Below, in pieces: positions 61,415 through 64,000 of a stretch of DNA of 64,000 nucleotides; within the stretch, counting starts at the first letter, position 1, and every line of letters starts with the position of its first letter. This stretch comes from Chthoniobacteraceae bacterium. Lineage in GTDB: Bacteria; Verrucomicrobiota; Verrucomicrobiia; Chthoniobacterales; Chthoniobacteraceae. The stretch covers positions 32,001-96,000 of the forward strand of contig JBBCKI010000019.1 in assembly GCA_037190965.1 (NCBI GenBank), in the 5' to 3' direction. The position numbers were made by a program, and so were the translations under genes. Under the pieces are notes generated by a model. The model did not search any database and was not told the origin of the DNA. It was given only the letters and a program-made list of their open reading frames with translations.

Positions 61415-63517
61415 CTATACGGCTGCCGTGGCTTGCAGCAGCTCTTCCGTCGCTTTGAGTTGCTCTCCGGTGCCGAGCAGCAAGACGCGGTCGCCGTCGA
61501 GCAATTCCTCTTCGGGGCCGGGGTTGATGATGTTGTTTCCCCGACGTTCGATGCCCACGATGCTGACGCCCGTCTTCGTGCGAAGCTTAAGATCGGCGAT
61601 CATCTTGCCGACGACCCACGATGCCGACTCGATGGCGACGGTCAGCAATTGGGCTTCACGGAGCATTTGCGGAAGCGGGACGACTGGTTCCTCCTCGTGG
61701 GCGTGATGATGCTCGGGCGTTTGCTCGAAGGTTTCGATCAGGGCGATCTGCGCCTTTGCGTAGACTCTCACGAAGGCGCGGCGCAGGAGGATCACCGCGA
61801 CGACCAACGCGAGGCCGAGCACGATCAACATATTGCGTGAGGGCAGGATGGTGGAGCTCAGGAGCAGCGTCAGCAGCACGAGGGCGGCGCACCCGCCGGC
61901 CACCACGGTGGTGGAGATCAGACCGCGAAGAGGCGCGGTGTTTTGCCCTGCCGCAGCGCGGGTGACGCTCATTTCCGACACCAGCATCCCCGCTGCCTGA
62001 AGCTTGCGGAAAACGGCGATGAACATCGGGAGGCTCAGGATCATTGCGCCCAGCCACAGGATGGCCTTGATGCCGTTTTCGCCGATCGGGGCTTCCGGCC
62101 AGAAGGCGATGGCATGCTTGCGCATGGCTGCCGCCGCGATGAAGACCGCGGTGATCAGCAGGAGATTGAGGCCGATCTGAAGCCCCCATTTGCGAAGAAG
62201 ATTCATCCCGATGTTGCCGCGCCGTTTCTCGGAGACGGCCCCGAGCCAGCGGCTGTAGGCATCCGTCATCCGGTGGAACGACACCGGTGCGTGCTTGTCG
62301 ATCCAGTCGGCCAGCGGATCGGAGGCTTTGATCAGGAAGGGAGTCAACAGGGTGGTGATGGCCGAGACGGCCACCGCAATCGGGTAAATGAAAGGATCGA
62401 CCACTTTGAAGTGCAGCCCGAGCCCCGCGATAATGAAGGAGAACTCACCAATCTGCGCAAGGCTCATGCCGACCCGCAGGGAGGTGCGGATGTCGTTGCC
62501 CGCCACAAAGCTCCCGACGGAGCAGGCGATAATTTTGCCAAAGACCACCGCGCCGGTGATGACCAGAATGGGCGCCCAGTATTTGAGCATTTCGTTGGGG
62601 TCGATCAACAACCCGATGGAGACGAAGAACACCGCGCTGAAGAGGTCGCGCACCGGGTTCATCAGCATCTCGATCTTGGCGATCTGCCGGGCTTCCGCGA
62701 TGACGGCTCCGATGAGGAACGCGCCGAGCGCGACGCTGTAACCCATCTTCAAGGCAAGCAGGGAGATACCGAAGCAGAGCCCGATGACCGTGAGGAGCAG
62801 CATCTCGTTGCTCTTGAACCTTGCGACATAATCGAGCAGCCGGGGAACGAGGATCAACCCCGCAACGAGGACGACCCCGAGGAAGGCGCTCAGTTGGACC
62901 ACGGTGATGCCGATCTCCTTGGGTGCGAGCGAACCGGTCGCAGCGAAGCCGGAGATGAGCGCGAGAATGACGATCCCCAGGATGTCTTCGACAATCAGAA
63001 TGCCGAATATCAGGCCCGCAAAGCGTTCCTTGGTCAGGCCAAGTTCATTGAGCGCCTTGATGATGATCGTGGTGGACGACATCGCAAGGATGGCTCCCAG
63101 GAAGATCGCGTTGACTTTGGACCATCCGAAAAGAAGGCCGATCTCATACCCGAGGAAGGCCATCAGGAGGATTTCCGCCGTGGCGCCAATGACGGCCGTA
63201 GCCCCCACGTCGCCCAGTTTTCGCAGGCTGAACTCAAGCCCAAGCGAGAACATCAGGAGAATGACCCCAAGCTCCGAAAGCGATTCGATGGTCTTCCGAT
63301 CTTCGATCAGGGTGTACGGGGGGGTATGTGGCCCGATGATGAGGCCCGCCAAAATATAGCCGAGCACGACCGGCAATTTGAGTTGCCGAAAGAGAATGGT
63401 GACGATGCCCGCGACGATCATGACGGTCGACAGGTCCTGCAGGAAGACCTGGATATGTCCGGCGACGGCGAGGATCGGGAGCGAGAGCCCGGGAAGTGAT
63501 GTCAGGTGTGCAAGCAT
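61415..63517 (-). CDS. CPA2 cation:proton antiporter with C-terminal RCK_C (TrkA-C) domain
   Basis: LFSLGLEFS-like, SSTTIIIK, LIVED, GAFLIG, AQIGEFSF; C-terminal GKMIADLKLRTKTGVSIVGIERRG..IINPG. Confidence 0.93.
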   Translation of the reverse strand: MLAHLTSLPGLSLPILAVAGHIQVFLQDLSTVMIVAGIVTILFRQLKLPVVLGYILAGLIIGPHTPPYTLIEDRKTIESLSELGVILLMFSLGLEFSLRKLGDVGATAVIGATAEILLMAFLGYEIGLLFGWSKVNAIFLGAILAMSSTTIIIKALNELGLTKERFAGLIFGILIVEDILGIVILALISGFAATGSLAPKEIGITVVQLSAFLGVVLVAGLILVPRLLDYVARFKSNEMLLLTVIGLCFGISLLALKMGYSVALGAFLIGAVIAEARQIAKIEMLMNPVRDLFSAVFFVSIGLLIDPNEMLKYWAPILVITGAVVFGKIIACSVGSFVAGNDIRTSLRVGMSLAQIGEFSFIIAGLGLHFKVVDPFIYPIAVAVSAITTLLTPFLIKASDPLADWIDKHAPVSFHRMTDAYSRWLGAVSEKRRGNIGMNLLRKWGLQIGLNLLLITAVFIAAAAMRKHAIAFWPEAPIGENGIKAILWLGAMILSLPMFIAVFRKLQAAGMLVSEMSVTRAAAGQNTAPLRGLISTTVVAGGCAALVLLTLLLSSTILPSRNMLIVLGLALVVAVILLRRAFVRVYAKAQIALIETFEQTPEHHHAHEEEPVVPLPQMLREAQLLTVAIESASWVVGKMIADLKLRTKTGVSIVGIERRGNNIINPGPEEELLDGDRVLLLGTGEQLKATEELLQATAAV

Positions 63518-63943
63518 TGGTGTTTGGTGGGCAGTAGTTCCATCAAATCGAAAACCGATACCGAGTGCGGAGAGTAGCAGCGATCCGCCGGGCGCGGGTG
63601 CTTTGCAGTCAGGAACTCATCGCATCCAAAGATACGCTTTGTCCTTTCTTAGCATCCCGGCTCAGCCTCTGGCGCCAGCTCGTCCGACCCGTTACCGGAG
63701 ATCGGGTACAATTCGGGTAAGTTGGCGATGATTTGGAGCGACCCTGATACAATTCGCTAGTCGCAAGCAACTTACGTCGAGGCATAACCTCTGTGCCAAA
63801 CCCACACCCCATCGCCGTGGCTTAGGGTAAACGCGGGGACCGTGGGCGATCTAGTTTTTTGTGCAAAAAATTTTCAAACTATCGGAAAGCGGGGGAAAGC
63901 AGCTTGTTCGCGGCTTTCGCTTGAGGCACCGTATCGCGCTCCG

Positions 63944-64000
63944 ATGAGTCTCCTTACCAGCGATTATGATTATGCCCTGCCCGAAGTGTTGATTGCGCGG
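63944..64000 (+). CDS. queA: S-adenosylmethionine:tRNA ribosyltransferase-isomerase QueA (N-terminus, cut by window end)
   Basis: MSLLTSDYDYALPEVLIAR matches the QueA N-terminal D(F/Y)xLPxxLIA motif; only 19 codons visible. Confidence 0.7.
   Translation, partial: MSLLTSDYDYALPEVLIAR

Noticed and set aside
63518..63943. Known ydaO (c-di-AMP) or fluoride riboswitch upstream of the antiporter
   Set aside because: Their consensus elements were not found by eye; kept only as an unassigned structured-leader candidate.

Overview
GC-rich bacterial chromosome segment. The PEP-CTERM protein, the gene content and the ACIII operon layout suggest Verrucomicrobiota (Spartobacteria/Chthoniobacterales-like); this taxonomy is inference. 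The centre (11753-34349) is a ~22.6 kb respiratory super-cluster. It encodes alternative complex III (actABCDEF plus a probable actG), a cbb3-like module (CcoN-like, CcoO-like, monoheme cytochrome c), an A-family aa3 oxidase (subunits I, III, IV, two small ORFs, then II), heme A/O synthases, SCO, DUF420 and system II cytochrome c maturation. A fused AhbAB/NirDL-like gene lies nearby on the opposite strand. Two observations stand out. First, the CcoN-like protein is full length but has lost all six metal-ligand histidines and the cross-link tyrosine, so it looks like a dead oxidase scaffold. Second, the aa3 subunit I keeps its metal ligands and D-channel but lacks the canonical K-channel lysine. 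The rest is housekeeping (secA, pyrE, ridA, ruvB, folD, hisD, gpmI, phoH/7TM-HD/ybeY/clpS, the start of queA, tRNA-Gln, tRNA-Leu) with accessory genes. Small non-coding features include a four-copy GTAG REP-doublet, a second REP-doublet inside a 16-bp direct repeat, a 164-bp hairpin, a SnoaL-like pseudogene and a structured leader upstream of an RCK_C cation antiporter. No CRISPR array, rRNA, transposase or integrase was seen. Family assignments come from motifs recognised by eye, not database searches.
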